A stretch of DNA of 64,000 nt from an uncultured Gammaproteobacteria bacterium (GTDB lineage: Bacteria > Patescibacteriota > Microgenomatia > UBA10105 > UBA927). The translations under genes and the position numbers were made by a program. This document shows, one piece after another, positions 51,335-60,284 of the stretch. Under the pieces are notes generated by a model. That model saw only the letters and a list, made by a program, of their open reading frames with translations. It had not been told where the DNA came from and did no database searches. Numbering within the stretch: position 1 is the stretch's first letter; the number at the start of each line of letters is the position of its first letter. Location: contig CAYUKU010000004.1 of the NCBI GenBank assembly GCA_964445435.1, positions 9,795 to 73,794 of the forward strand. Reading direction: 5' to 3'.

Positions 51335-51913
51335 ATGCACATCATTTTTTATGGTCCTGAGGGGTCAGGGAAAGGCACTCAGGCGAAATTATTAAGCAAA
51401 AGGCTTGGTATTCCGGTGTTAACGTCGGGAGATTTGGTGCGGGAAGCTGCAGCTAACGACAAGGGTATTATCGGAGAAGCCTGCAGAAAAGCGCTAACGC
51501 AGGGACGATACGTTGCGGATTCTGAAATGTTTGTTCTATGGAAGCGGCGCTTGAAAGAGCCGGATGCCAGGACGGACTGGATTATGGATGGCTTTCCCCG
51601 CAATGTTGAACAGGCTAAATTTCTGGACGAAAAATTGAAAAAGTACGGATATAAGGTAGAAGCCGTACTTTATCTTGTCATACGCGAAGAGGAGTCTCTC
51701 AGGCGCTTAACCAAGCGTGCCCGTCCGCTTCACCCGGGATCAACGGAGCTCCACGATTCCCCGGAGCGTATTAGAAACAGGCTGAGAGTTTTCCGTGAAA
51801 ATCAACAGCCGGTTCTGGAGTACTACCGCAAGCGAGGCGTCCTTCTTGAAATAGACGGTGAACAGTCACCTGAAGAAGTTGAGAAGGCAATCCTCAAAAA
51901 ACTCCCGAAATGA
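51335..51913 (+). CDS. adk: Adenylate kinase (short LID)
   Basis: GPEGSGKGTQ, SGDLVR, DGFPR; follows secY. Confidence 0.93.
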   Translation: MHIIFYGPEGSGKGTQAKLLSKRLGIPVLTSGDLVREAAANDKGIIGEACRKALTQGRYVADSEMFVLWKRRLKEPDARTDWIMDGFPRNVEQAKFLDEKLKKYGYKVEAVLYLVIREEESLRRLTKRARPLHPGSTELHDSPERIRNRLRVFRENQQPVLEYYRKRGVLLEIDGEQSPEEVEKAILKKLPK

Positions 51914-52602
51914 CAACACTTCCTCTTCAAATTGCAATTGACGGTCCGGTCGCTTCCGGCAAAGGAGAAATCGCAGGTCGACTCGCGCAGTCACTCGGCG
52001 CTCTGTATATCTATACGGGGGCGATGTACCGGGCTCTCGCTCTTGCCGGTATCCGGGCAGGGATTTCTCCGAATGATGCTTCCGCAATTATCGGGTTGTT
52101 ATCGGGTATTTCTATCGACATGACGGTTCCTGAGGCAGACAGCGCGTTTCCGTACAAAGTGCTTTTGGACGGGAAGGATGTGACGCGGGAAATTCAGAGT
52201 CAGGAAGTGGCACAGGGTGCGTCTGACGTGGGGACTATCCCTACGGTTCGTCAATGGATGGTTGCAAGGCAGAGAGAGATGGCGCGTGGAAAATCAGTGG
52301 TTATGGAAGGTCGGGATATTGCAATTCGCGTGCTGCCCGATGCGCAATTAAAAATATATCTCACCGCTTCTTTGGAAGAGCGTTCTCGGAGGCGTTTCCA
52401 ACAGTGGCAATCACAGGGATTGTCCAAAACATTGGAAGAAACGATAGAAGATACCCGACAAAGGGACGCTCAGGATATGAGCCGGCAGACAGACCCGCTT
52501 CAGAAGCTTCCTGACGCGTGGGAGCTGGATACGACACACATGAGCCCCGATGAGGTTGTCGATGCCATACGCGCTGAACTCAAAAAGCGCAACATACTAT
52601 GA
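51910..52602 (+). CDS. cmk: Cytidylate kinase
   Basis: IAIDGPVASGKG, TGAMYRA, VMEGRDI, LKIYLTAS, RD..D..R..PL. Confidence 0.94.
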   Translation: MTTLPLQIAIDGPVASGKGEIAGRLAQSLGALYIYTGAMYRALALAGIRAGISPNDASAIIGLLSGISIDMTVPEADSAFPYKVLLDGKDVTREIQSQEVAQGASDVGTIPTVRQWMVARQREMARGKSVVMEGRDIAIRVLPDAQLKIYLTASLEERSRRRFQQWQSQGLSKTLEETIEDTRQRDAQDMSRQTDPLQKLPDAWELDTTHMSPDEVVDAIRAELKKRNIL

Positions 52603-53372
52603 TTTACCGGAAGACCAAAGATGAAATTGCGGTCATGCGTGAAGGCGGAAGCAAGCTCGGTTCCATTCTTGGGACACTTCTTGATTTTGCCCAGCCATCC
52701 GTATCGCTTCTTGATATCGAGAAAAAAGCAAATGAATTAATTGCGCATTCAGGCGGACAGTCGTCGTTTAAGACGGTCAAGGGGTACAGTTGGGCGACGT
52801 GTCTTTGCGTCAATGAAGTTGTCGTTCACGGCATTCCGACGGCATATGTACTAAAAGACGGCGATATTCTTACTATCGATATAGGTCTTCTCTACCGGGG
52901 ATTTCATACGGATACTGCTTGGACGAAGATTGTCGGGAACGATTCGTCACCTGATGCCGCAGAGAAACGCCAATTTTTGGCAACCGGTCAGAAAGCACTC
53001 GAACGGGCGATAGCATTAGCACGAGTAGGAAATAGAATCGGTGATATTTCAGAATCAACTCAGGCGATTCTCGAGGGGGAGGGATATTCGATCGTGAAGA
53101 CGCTTGTCGGTCACGGCGTGGGACGCAGTCTTCATGAAGACCCGCAGGTGCCTAACTACGTCCGGGGAGATAAGAAGAACACCTATCAGTTTCAAGGAGG
53201 AGAGACGATTGCCATCGAACCTATTTATGCCATGGGAAATAGTGCGGTGGTCTATGAGAACGATGACGGGTGGACGTTGGTGACGAAAGACCACTCCTTG
53301 GCGGCTGTATTTGAGCATTCGCTTGCGATAGTTCCCGAAGGGACGATTGTATTGACCAAAGCAGAGGATTGA
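52599..53372 (+). CDS. map: Methionine aminopeptidase type I
   Basis: VNEVVVHGIP, DIG, HTDTA, GHGVG..LHEDP, AIEP, FEHS. Confidence 0.96.
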   Translation: MIYRKTKDEIAVMREGGSKLGSILGTLLDFAQPSVSLLDIEKKANELIAHSGGQSSFKTVKGYSWATCLCVNEVVVHGIPTAYVLKDGDILTIDIGLLYRGFHTDTAWTKIVGNDSSPDAAEKRQFLATGQKALERAIALARVGNRIGDISESTQAILEGEGYSIVKTLVGHGVGRSLHEDPQVPNYVRGDKKNTYQFQGGETIAIEPIYAMGNSAVVYENDDGWTLVTKDHSLAAVFEHSLAIVPEGTIVLTKAED

Positions 53373-53380
53373 GGTACAAT
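53352..53380 (+). promoter_or_regulatory. sigma70 promoter for infA-rpmJ-alpha operon
   Basis: TTGACC-17 nt-TACAAT overlapping the map 3' end. Confidence 0.65.
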
Positions 53381-53392
53381 ATGCGTTATTGT

Positions 53393-53516
53393 CGGGAATC
53401 CCGATGAGAATCGGGAGATGTTCCCGTCGTTTTTTACGTGGTTATACCGGGTAGTAGAATTTCGACTCGCGTTTTTATCTTTGCCTTACGCGTGCTGAGA
53501 CTACCAGAAGGTATAA
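53393..53516 (+). ncRNA. Candidate structured leader RNA upstream of infA
   Basis: Hairpin CGGGAA-TCCCGAT-GAGA-ATCGGGA-TTCCCG plus T6; second domain with stems TTATACC/GGTATAA, GGTAGT/ACTACC, CGCGT/ACGCG. Confidence 0.45.
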
Positions 53517-53540
53517 ACTCGTTGCGTTAAAGAAAGGATT

Positions 53541-53810
53541 TTGAAATTTCGAAAACGTGGTAAGGCAAAGGTCGAAATTTCACAACCCGGTATGGCGCAT
53601 CAAGGAAATATAGAGGTTGAAGGAGAGGTTGTCGAATGTCTGCCCAATACGTTGTTTCGAGTGAAACTGCCGAATGGTCATGTCGTACTGTGTCACTTAT
53701 CGGGGAAGATGCGGTTAAATTTTATTCGCATCATGCCGGGAGACAAGGTGAAAATGGAAGTAACACCCTATGACCCGAGCAAAGGAAGAATTACATACAG
53801 AGTGAGATAA
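53541..53810 (+). CDS. infA: Translation initiation factor IF-1
   Basis: [28 protein letters not shown]; start is TTG 53541 (SD AAAGGA) or ATG 53592. Confidence 0.95.
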   Translation: MKFRKRGKAKVEISQPGMAHQGNIEVEGEVVECLPNTLFRVKLPNGHVVLCHLSGKMRLNFIRIMPGDKVKMEVTPYDPSKGRITYRVR

Positions 53811-53812
53811 CC

Positions 53813-53926
53813 ATGAAAGTACGAGCAAGTGTGAAACCAATGTGTGTGAAGTGTAAGATCGTCCGGCGTCGGGGTAGGACGTACATTATTTGTGAAAACC
53901 CGAAGCATAAACAGAGGCAAGGATAA
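53813..53926 (+). CDS. rpmJ: 50S ribosomal protein L36 (not in the ORF track)
   Basis: Hand translation [37 protein letters not shown]. Confidence 0.97.
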   Translation: MKVRASVKPMCVKCKIVRRRGRTYIICENPKHKQRQG

Positions 53927-53932
53927 TTTACT

Positions 53933-54355
53933 ATGGCACGCATATCAGGCGTAGATTTACCGGCAGAAAAAAGACTCGATATCGCACTTACCTATATTTA
54001 TGGGATTGGCCGATCCAACGTGGTCAACCTTCTTAAGGAAGTCAATCTCCCCGCCGACCGCCGCGTCAAAACCCTCACAGATGAAGAAATCAACAAAATC
54101 TCAAAAGCAATTGAAAAGAAATACGTCGTAGAAGGGGATCTGCGCTGGCAAATCCAGGACAATATCAAACGTCTCGTAGAAATCAGGTCATACCGCGGTG
54201 TGCGTCACACCAAAAACCTTCCTGTTCGCGGTCAGAGGACGCGATCAAATGCGCGAACCAAGCGCGGAAAGAGAGTGACGATCGGAGCCATGAAGAAGGA
54301 TGATCGAGTGAAGCTGGAGACGGCAGCAGCCGCCAAAACGGCAGAAAGCAAATAA
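53933..54355 (+). CDS. rpsM: 30S ribosomal protein S13
   Basis: MARISGVDLP, IYGIG, LPVRGQRTRSNART. Confidence 0.97.
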   Translation: MARISGVDLPAEKRLDIALTYIYGIGRSNVVNLLKEVNLPADRRVKTLTDEEINKISKAIEKKYVVEGDLRWQIQDNIKRLVEIRSYRGVRHTKNLPVRGQRTRSNARTKRGKRVTIGAMKKDDRVKLETAAAAKTAESK

Positions 54356-54358
54356 CCT

Positions 54359-54730
54359 ATGGCAGTCAAAAAGCAAAAAAGGACAGTAGAGAAAGGGAAA
54401 GTCTATATTACAGCGACGTTTAACAATACGCTCGTAACGATCACGGATACGGAAGGCAATACATTGTGTTGGGGATCATCCGGCATGGCGGGTTTCAAAG
54501 GCGCCCGTAAATCAACACCGTACGCAGCGACAACCGCAGTAGAAGCAGTTGCCCGTAAAGCTATGGGTTATGGTCTACGGGAGGTCGAGGTATACATGAA
54601 AGGGCCCGGCGCGGGACGTGATGCAGCGCTTCGGGGACTGAAAGCCGTCGGACTTGCGATTACGCTTATTGCGGACGTCACACCGATCCCCCACAACGGA
54701 GTTCGACCGAAGAAAAAGAGGAGAGTCTAA
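54359..54730 (+). CDS. rpsK: 30S ribosomal protein S11
   Basis: [22 protein letters not shown]. Confidence 0.97.
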   Translation: MAVKKQKRTVEKGKVYITATFNNTLVTITDTEGNTLCWGSSGMAGFKGARKSTPYAATTAVEAVARKAMGYGLREVEVYMKGPGAGRDAALRGLKAVGLAITLIADVTPIPHNGVRPKKKRRV

Positions 54731-54733
54731 TCT

Positions 54734-55354
54734 ATGGCACGCTATACAGGACCAAAAAACAGACTTGCCCGCCGAGAAGGAATGGACCTCGGATATAAAA
54801 CGCCGGGAAGCAAGTCGCATGCCCAGCTTTTGAAGCGGCTCGGTGTCGTGCCGGGACAACACGGGAACAAGGGCCGACGAAAAGCTTCGGATTTCGGAGT
54901 CCAACTTCGGGAAAAACAGAAAGTAAAACGTCTGTACGGTGTCCTTGAACGGCAGTTTCGAAAGACGTTTACCCAGGCCATGAAGTGGAAAGGAAATACC
55001 GGCGAGAAGCTTCTTGAGTTCATGGAGCGAAGACTGGACAACACGATCTATCGTCTCGGATTTTCCCCGACACGTGGTCTTGCCCGTCAGCTCGTTTCCC
55101 ATGGTCATGTCATGGTGAACAACGAGAAAGTAAACATTCCTTCATATCGGGTTGAGAAAGACATGATCATTACGCTTCGGCCGAAAGCTATGGAGATTCC
55201 GGCGGTGAAAAGGATATTGGACGACAAAGCGCTTCGAACACCTGCATGGTTAGAACGAAAAGGACCGGTTGGAAAAATAGTCCGCATGCCGGAGCGGGCA
55301 GATATCGGAGAGGATATCAACGAGCAACTCATAGTTGAGTATTATTCTCGTTAA
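54734..55354 (+). CDS. rpsD: 30S ribosomal protein S4
   Basis: MARYTGP, LREKQK, ERRLDN, ARQLVSHGH, IVEYYSR. Confidence 0.97.
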   Translation: MARYTGPKNRLARREGMDLGYKTPGSKSHAQLLKRLGVVPGQHGNKGRRKASDFGVQLREKQKVKRLYGVLERQFRKTFTQAMKWKGNTGEKLLEFMERRLDNTIYRLGFSPTRGLARQLVSHGHVMVNNEKVNIPSYRVEKDMIITLRPKAMEIPAVKRILDDKALRTPAWLERKGPVGKIVRMPERADIGEDINEQLIVEYYSR

Positions 55355-55366
55355 TATAAAGGAGGA

Positions 55367-55418
55367 AGAGTTCGTCATTAACATGAAGGAGCGTCTCTTG
55401 GTGTTAGCGACTAACTCT
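55367..55418 (+). other. Imperfect 52-nt hairpin between rpsD and rpoA
   Basis: Stems AGAGTT/AACTCT, GTC/GAC, TTAACAT/GTGTTAG. Confidence 0.45.
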
Positions 55419-55429
55419 CAAAATACTAT

Positions 55430-56350
55430 ATGACAGAACCAACATTTCACATAAAAACGGAAGTTGATAAGCCGGGATTCGGCAAGTTTTCCCTGGAGCC
55501 TCTTGAGCAGGGATATGGTCAGACGCTCGGAAACAGCCTGAGACGCGTGTTATTGGCCTCTCTTCCGGGTGCAGCCATTTCCTCAGTGAAAATTGAAGGT
55601 GTCAAACACCAGTTCTCGACCTTGGAAGGCATGAAAGAGGATGTAATTGAATTTATCATGAATCTCAAAAAGGTCCGTTTGACGATTGACGGCAGTGAGC
55701 CTGTGAAACTGACGATTTCCAAGAAAGGTCCGGGTGTCGTAACGGCTGCTGATATCAATGCTCCCGCAGGCGTGAGCGTTGTGAATCCGGACTTGGTATT
55801 GGCCAATCTTTCAGACAAAAAATCATCCCTCGAGGTTGAGATGACGGCAGACAAGGGGTATGGATACGTGTCTGCAGACGAGAAACATTTTGACGAAGTG
55901 GGCGTCATACCTATGGACAGTCTGTATTCACCCGTTACCCGCGTGAATTATCGCGTCGAGGCTACTCGCGTGGGTCGCATGACCAATTTGGATCGCCTCG
56001 TTATGGAGATTTGGACGGACGGGACTGTCAATGCCATGGATGCGCTCAAATCAGCTGCCAAGGTCATGGTTTCCTATTTCGTTCAGATCGTCGAACCCAA
56101 GGCAACGGGTGTCTCAGAGAGTGTCGCCGTGACACCATCGGTTTCCGACGAGATTCTCAAGATGCGCATCGAGGAGCTTGATATTCCTACCCGCATTGTG
56201 AACGCGCTGGCAAACGGCGGCATCGAGACGGTGGGTCAATTACTCGGTACCCCAAGAACGGAATTGATGAAAATTAAGAACTTGGGAGCCAAATCTCTCG
56301 GTATCGTGGAAGAGCGTCTTCGTGAGAAGGGAGTTGCGCTGACCGTATGA
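55430..56350 (+). CDS. rpoA: RNA polymerase alpha subunit
   Basis: EPLEQGYGQTLGNSLRRVLL, YSPV.RV, IKNLGAKS. Confidence 0.98.
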   Translation: MTEPTFHIKTEVDKPGFGKFSLEPLEQGYGQTLGNSLRRVLLASLPGAAISSVKIEGVKHQFSTLEGMKEDVIEFIMNLKKVRLTIDGSEPVKLTISKKGPGVVTAADINAPAGVSVVNPDLVLANLSDKKSSLEVEMTADKGYGYVSADEKHFDEVGVIPMDSLYSPVTRVNYRVEATRVGRMTNLDRLVMEIWTDGTVNAMDALKSAAKVMVSYFVQIVEPKATGVSESVAVTPSVSDEILKMRIEELDIPTRIVNALANGGIETVGQLLGTPRTELMKIKNLGAKSLGIVEERLREKGVALTV

Positions 56351-56838
56351 GACATTCGGTGTTCGGGAGGAAATTATCACGTACCGCAAACGAACGGCAG
56401 CAGCTGTTTGCCGGGCTTGTGCGTGACCTGTTTCTTCACGGCGCCGTAACCACAACGCTTGCGAAAGCCAAGGCAGTGCAGCCGATCGCGGAACGGCTCA
56501 TCACGAAGGCAAAAGACGGAAGTGAAGTAGCCAGGCGACGCGTTTTACGGATTATGGATGACCGAACTCTGGTGAAATCTCTTTTTGAGGACGCCAAGAC
56601 GCGGTTTTCGGGCCGTACCAGCGGATATACTCGGATTATTAAACTTGGCAAGAGATTGGGCGACGCTTCAGATGTCGCGATGCTCTCATTTGTCGACGAG
56701 AAAGTAGTCGCTGAAGTCGTAGTTCCCAAAAAAGCAGATACGGTTAAGAGCGAAAAGAAAACGGAATCGATGAAAGAGACCAAACCGGTAAAAGTCCCGG
56801 CGAAAAGAAAGACGACCAAGACGAAGAAGAAAGCATAA
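56347..56838 (+). CDS. rplQ: 50S ribosomal protein L17
   Basis: MRH..GRKLSR, TTLAKAK, GYTRIIKLG; Lys-rich tail. Confidence 0.96.
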   Translation: MRHSVFGRKLSRTANERQQLFAGLVRDLFLHGAVTTTLAKAKAVQPIAERLITKAKDGSEVARRRVLRIMDDRTLVKSLFEDAKTRFSGRTSGYTRIIKLGKRLGDASDVAMLSFVDEKVVAEVVVPKKADTVKSEKKTESMKETKPVKVPAKRKTTKTKKKA

Positions 56839-56841
56839 GCT

Positions 56842-57261
56842 ATGAAAAAAGCAACACTTCCAACCAAGATTTCAGAGGTGAGCCGCTCCTGGCACCTTAT
56901 CGACGTGAAGGGTCAGGTGTTAGGAAGGGCCGCCACGGGAGTTGCCCTCAAACTTATGGGGAAGGGGAAGCCAAATTTCGTGCGCAATCTGGATTGCGGA
57001 GATTATGTCGTTGTTATAAACGCCGCTCACGTGGTGACGACGGGCCACAAGGAAAAAGAAAAACTGTACGGGAACTATTCCGGTCATCCGGGAGGACTTA
57101 AACAGAAAGCCCTCTGGCAGGTGCGCCAGGAAAAGCCGACCGAACCTATGAAGCGGGCAATCTTTGGTATGTTGCCCAAGAACAAGCTGCGTGATAGACT
57201 CGTAACTCGCTTATACATTTATCCCGAATCGAAGCATCCCTATCAGGAAAAATTTAAATAA
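56842..57261 (+). CDS. rplM: 50S ribosomal protein L13
   Basis: WHLID, LGR, DCGDYVVVINA, GMLPKN. Confidence 0.96.
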   Translation: MKKATLPTKISEVSRSWHLIDVKGQVLGRAATGVALKLMGKGKPNFVRNLDCGDYVVVINAAHVVTTGHKEKEKLYGNYSGHPGGLKQKALWQVRQEKPTEPMKRAIFGMLPKNKLRDRLVTRLYIYPESKHPYQEKFK

Positions 57262-57264
57262 CCT

Positions 57265-57750
57265 ATGGCAAAAGAAAAAACACAACAGGAAAAAATAGAA
57301 AATCCGAAGGACGGAGCCGTTTCCTACTATGAAGCCGTCGGCCGACGCAAAGAATCCAGTGCCCGCGTACGGCTCTATGTGGTCAATGACGCAGCCATTA
57401 CTGTTGGAGGCGTGTCTGTAGCCAAGGGAGCCATGATTGTGAATGGCAAGCAAGTAGAGCAGTATTTCCCCGGAGAAGTCTTTAAGAAAATGTATCAGGA
57501 GCCGTTTCGGACCACCAATACGCTGGGTCGTTTTGCAGTAACCGTGAAGGTTTCCGGAGGCGGATTGGCAGGGCAACTTTCTTCGGTTATTCACGGCATT
57601 TCCCGCGCACTTGAGAAAGTTGACCGGGCGAAATTCCGGCCGATTCTCAAGAAGCGCGGATTTATGATGCGTGACCCCCGTGCCAAACAGCGAAGGAAAG
57701 CCGGATTTGCAGGTAAGGCTCGCGCCCGAAAGCAAAGTCCAAAACGATAA
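57265..57750 (+). CDS. rpsI: 30S ribosomal protein S9
   Basis: GRRKESSARV, GGGLAGQ, RDPR, KARARKQSPKR. Confidence 0.96.
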   Translation: MAKEKTQQEKIENPKDGAVSYYEAVGRRKESSARVRLYVVNDAAITVGGVSVAKGAMIVNGKQVEQYFPGEVFKKMYQEPFRTTNTLGRFAVTVKVSGGGLAGQLSSVIHGISRALEKVDRAKFRPILKKRGFMMRDPRAKQRRKAGFAGKARARKQSPKR

Positions 57751-57755
57751 TTTCG

Positions 57756-57800
57756 TACCGCAGTTCTGCGAGAATTCGAAGGACGGTCTTCGAAGCGGTA
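57756..57800 (+). terminator. Branched stem-loop at end of r-protein operon (no U-tract)
   Basis: TACCGC/GCGGTA enclosing TTCGAAGG-ACGG-TCTTCGAA. Confidence 0.4.
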
Positions 57801-57837
57801 ATCCGCAGTCGTGATACAATAGCCCCAGGGAGGAAGT

Positions 57838-58587
57838 ATGGAATTCTTAATTGGACCGCTTGGGATTTTTCTTTTTATCCTCTTATTGTCGTCCCTCAAA
57901 CAAGTGAATGAGTATGAGCGGGGTATCCGATTTACGTTCGGAAGATTCACGGATGTCATTGAGCCTGGCTGGCGTATCGTCTGGCCAATTATCCAGACGT
58001 GGCAAAAAGTGGATATCCGTACGAAGGTTGTGGAAGAGCCGGGTCAGGAAGTGATTACCCAGGATAACGTATCTACCAAAATTACCGCCGTTATTTACTA
58101 CAAAATTATTGATGCGAAGAAGGCGGTTTTGGAAGTTGAGAATTTCTACTGGGCAGTGTCGCAGCTGGCACAGACAACCATGCGTAATGTTATTGGAGAA
58201 GTCACTCTTGACCAGTTGTTGACCAGGCGCCACGATCTGGCGGTAAAAATTCGGGATATAGTTGAAAAACAAGCGGACCATTGGGGACTTGATGTTTCAA
58301 GCGTTGAGCTGAAGGACATTACGCTTCCTGAGTCTATGGTTCGCACGATGGCCAAACAAGCGGAAGCGGAGCGTGAGAAGAGGGCAACGATTATTAACTC
58401 TGAGGGAGAGGTGATTGCGTCCAGGAATCTGGCACAGGCCGCACGCACGATGGCTGCTTCACCAGGGGCGCTTCATTTACGCACGCTTAATTCTATAAAC
58501 GATATTTCATCGGATCAAAGCAACACGGTCGTATTTGCAGTGCCATTGGAGGTTCTGAAAGCAATCGAAGGATTTAAGAAGAAATAA
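57838..58587 (+). CDS. SPFH/stomatin (slipin) family protein
   Basis: EYERG, QLAQTTMRNVIG, MAKQAEAEREKRA; own TGaTACAAT promoter and SD GGAGG. Confidence 0.93.
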   Translation: MEFLIGPLGIFLFILLLSSLKQVNEYERGIRFTFGRFTDVIEPGWRIVWPIIQTWQKVDIRTKVVEEPGQEVITQDNVSTKITAVIYYKIIDAKKAVLEVENFYWAVSQLAQTTMRNVIGEVTLDQLLTRRHDLAVKIRDIVEKQADHWGLDVSSVELKDITLPESMVRTMAKQAEAEREKRATIINSEGEVIASRNLAQAARTMAASPGALHLRTLNSINDISSDQSNTVVFAVPLEVLKAIEGFKKK

Positions 58588-58589
58588 CA

Positions 58590-59044
58590 AAAGCTCCATT
58601 CGTCGTACGGCATATACTCCAACACGTTCCATGGTTCATTGAAGCGGATGAAGTATCCGAACGGATGTCCTATTCGGAAGTCCTTTTCCCCCAAGGTTTT
58701 TCCTCAAGGGGTTGATAGATATGACGTTTGTTGATCTTTCCTGAAATAGTCGCGTAATACTCATCGATGTGTTCGATCGGTATGGAGATTTCTACTCCGT
58801 AACCCCGTTTCGTGTCGCTCGGGAAGTTTTTGAAGTAGAGGTGATGATAGACTTCCTTGCTGCCACAGAAGAAAGAGAGGATACTCTGGTTGAGCTTCAT
58901 AACAGGGTATCCGTATTGTTCGCCCGGCTTGGGAGCCTCCTCCCAGACGGCTTGAAATCCAAGTTTTCCGTAGAAGTCTTTCGCGACTTAGAAATTATCG
59001 ACACTCAACTCAACCGTCGTGTCCGTTAACGCAGCATTTGGCAT
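58590..59044 (-). pseudogene. VOC/glyoxalase-bleomycin family pseudogene
   Basis: MPNAALTDTTVELSVDNF*VAKDFYGKLGF...GYGVEI...KPWG(fs)DFRIGHPFGYFIRF: in-frame TAA at 58988-58990 and a frameshift near 58685; 3' end approximate. Confidence 0.75.
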
Positions 59045-59084
59045 AAATGAACAGATAAATCTTGAGCCTTATGAGTTGCACTAG

Positions 59085-59158
59085 TCGGGGTGACTCGACT
59101 TGAACGAGCAACCTTTCGCACCCCATGCGAATGCGCTAGCCAATTGCGCCACACCCCG
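59085..59158 (-). tRNA. tRNA-Pro(GGG)
   Basis: CGGGGTG acceptor stem, D-arm GCGC/GCGC, anticodon arm TTCGC-ATGGGGT-GCGAA, T-loop TTCAAGT; followed by CTA, so CCA is not encoded. Confidence 0.93.
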
Positions 59159-59241
59159 TGAGTTCTTGTATTCTATCATTTTTTGTGTAAGAATGGGATT
59201 TACTTCAAACGTCTGCCCCCAATCGTTGAAAGGAGACTCGT

Positions 59242-60276
59242 ATGCCAGTTGACGCCAAACTTCAAGCCATTCAGCTTGCCATGGAACAAATCGAGAAGCA
59301 GTACGGCAAGGGCTCGATTATGAAACTCGGAGAAAAACAGGCGAGCAAAATGGCAATCGATGTCGTTCCCACGGGCGTTCTTGCCCTTGATTTGGCTCTT
59401 GGCGTTGGTGGTCTTCCCCGCGGTCGCATTGTCGAAATCTACGGGCCTGAGGCGTCTGGAAAAACAACGGTTTGTTTGTCCACCATCGCAGAAGCGCAGA
59501 AAGCAGGAGGCGTTGCGGCATTTATCGATGCTGAACACGCACTTGACCCGCAATGGGCTGAAGTGTTGGGGGTGAAGCTCGATGATCTTCTTATTTCCCA
59601 ACCGGATACCGGCGAGCAGGCCCTTGAGATTGCTGAAACGCTTATCAGAAGCGGCGGCGTGGATATCGTTGTTATCGACTCGGTCGCCGCTCTTGTTCCC
59701 AGAGCGGAACTGGAAGGCGAGATGGGGGATGCGATGGTTGGTGTTCAAGCACGACTCATGTCCCAGGCGCTACGGAAACTGACGGCGGTCATTTCTCGGT
59801 CCAAGGCGGTGGTTATTTTCACCAATCAACTGCGTCAGAAAATTGGCGTCATGTTTGGAAATCCGGAGACGACACCCGGCGGACTTGCGCTTAAGTTTTA
59901 CGCGAGTGTCCGGATGGATTCGCGTAAGATCGAAAGCCTGAAGGATGGAGACAAAGTGATCGGCAGCAGGCACCGCGTCCGCGTGGTGAAAAATAAGGTC
60001 GCGCCTCCCTTCAGGATCGCCGAATTTGACGTCATGCATGACGGTGTGTCGAAAGAAGGCGGACTTATCGATGTCGGAATCGAATTTGGCATTCTTACCA
60101 AATCCGGCGCCTTTATCAAACATGGGAGTCAGATGCTCGGACAGGGGAAAGAAGCCTGTAAAATGTTCCTTCGTGAGAATCACAAAGTGGCTAAAGAGAT
60201 AACTGACGCCATTTGGAAGGCAGTGAAGTCCGGCAATACGCATACGAAACTGGCGGTTGCGGATGAAGAAGAATAA
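59242..60276 (+). CDS. recA: Recombinase RecA
   Basis: [43 protein letters not shown]. Confidence 0.99.
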   Translation: MPVDAKLQAIQLAMEQIEKQYGKGSIMKLGEKQASKMAIDVVPTGVLALDLALGVGGLPRGRIVEIYGPEASGKTTVCLSTIAEAQKAGGVAAFIDAEHALDPQWAEVLGVKLDDLLISQPDTGEQALEIAETLIRSGGVDIVVIDSVAALVPRAELEGEMGDAMVGVQARLMSQALRKLTAVISRSKAVVIFTNQLRQKIGVMFGNPETTPGGLALKFYASVRMDSRKIESLKDGDKVIGSRHRVRVVKNKVAPPFRIAEFDVMHDGVSKEGGLIDVGIEFGILTKSGAFIKHGSQMLGQGKEACKMFLRENHKVAKEITDAIWKAVKSGNTHTKLAVADEEE

Positions 60277-60284
60277 TAATCTCC

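Noticed and set aside
53386-53540. SRP, 6S or tmRNA in the longer intergenic gaps (also 60791-60968)
   Set aside because: No SRP domain IV motif, no tRNA-like ends or tag ORF, and no single rod with a central bubble; kept only as candidate leaders
58988-58990. Stop-codon recoding or alternative genetic code
   Set aside because: The stop is TAA in a gene that also has a frameshift; core genes end normally at TAA, TAG or TGA and contain no internal stops
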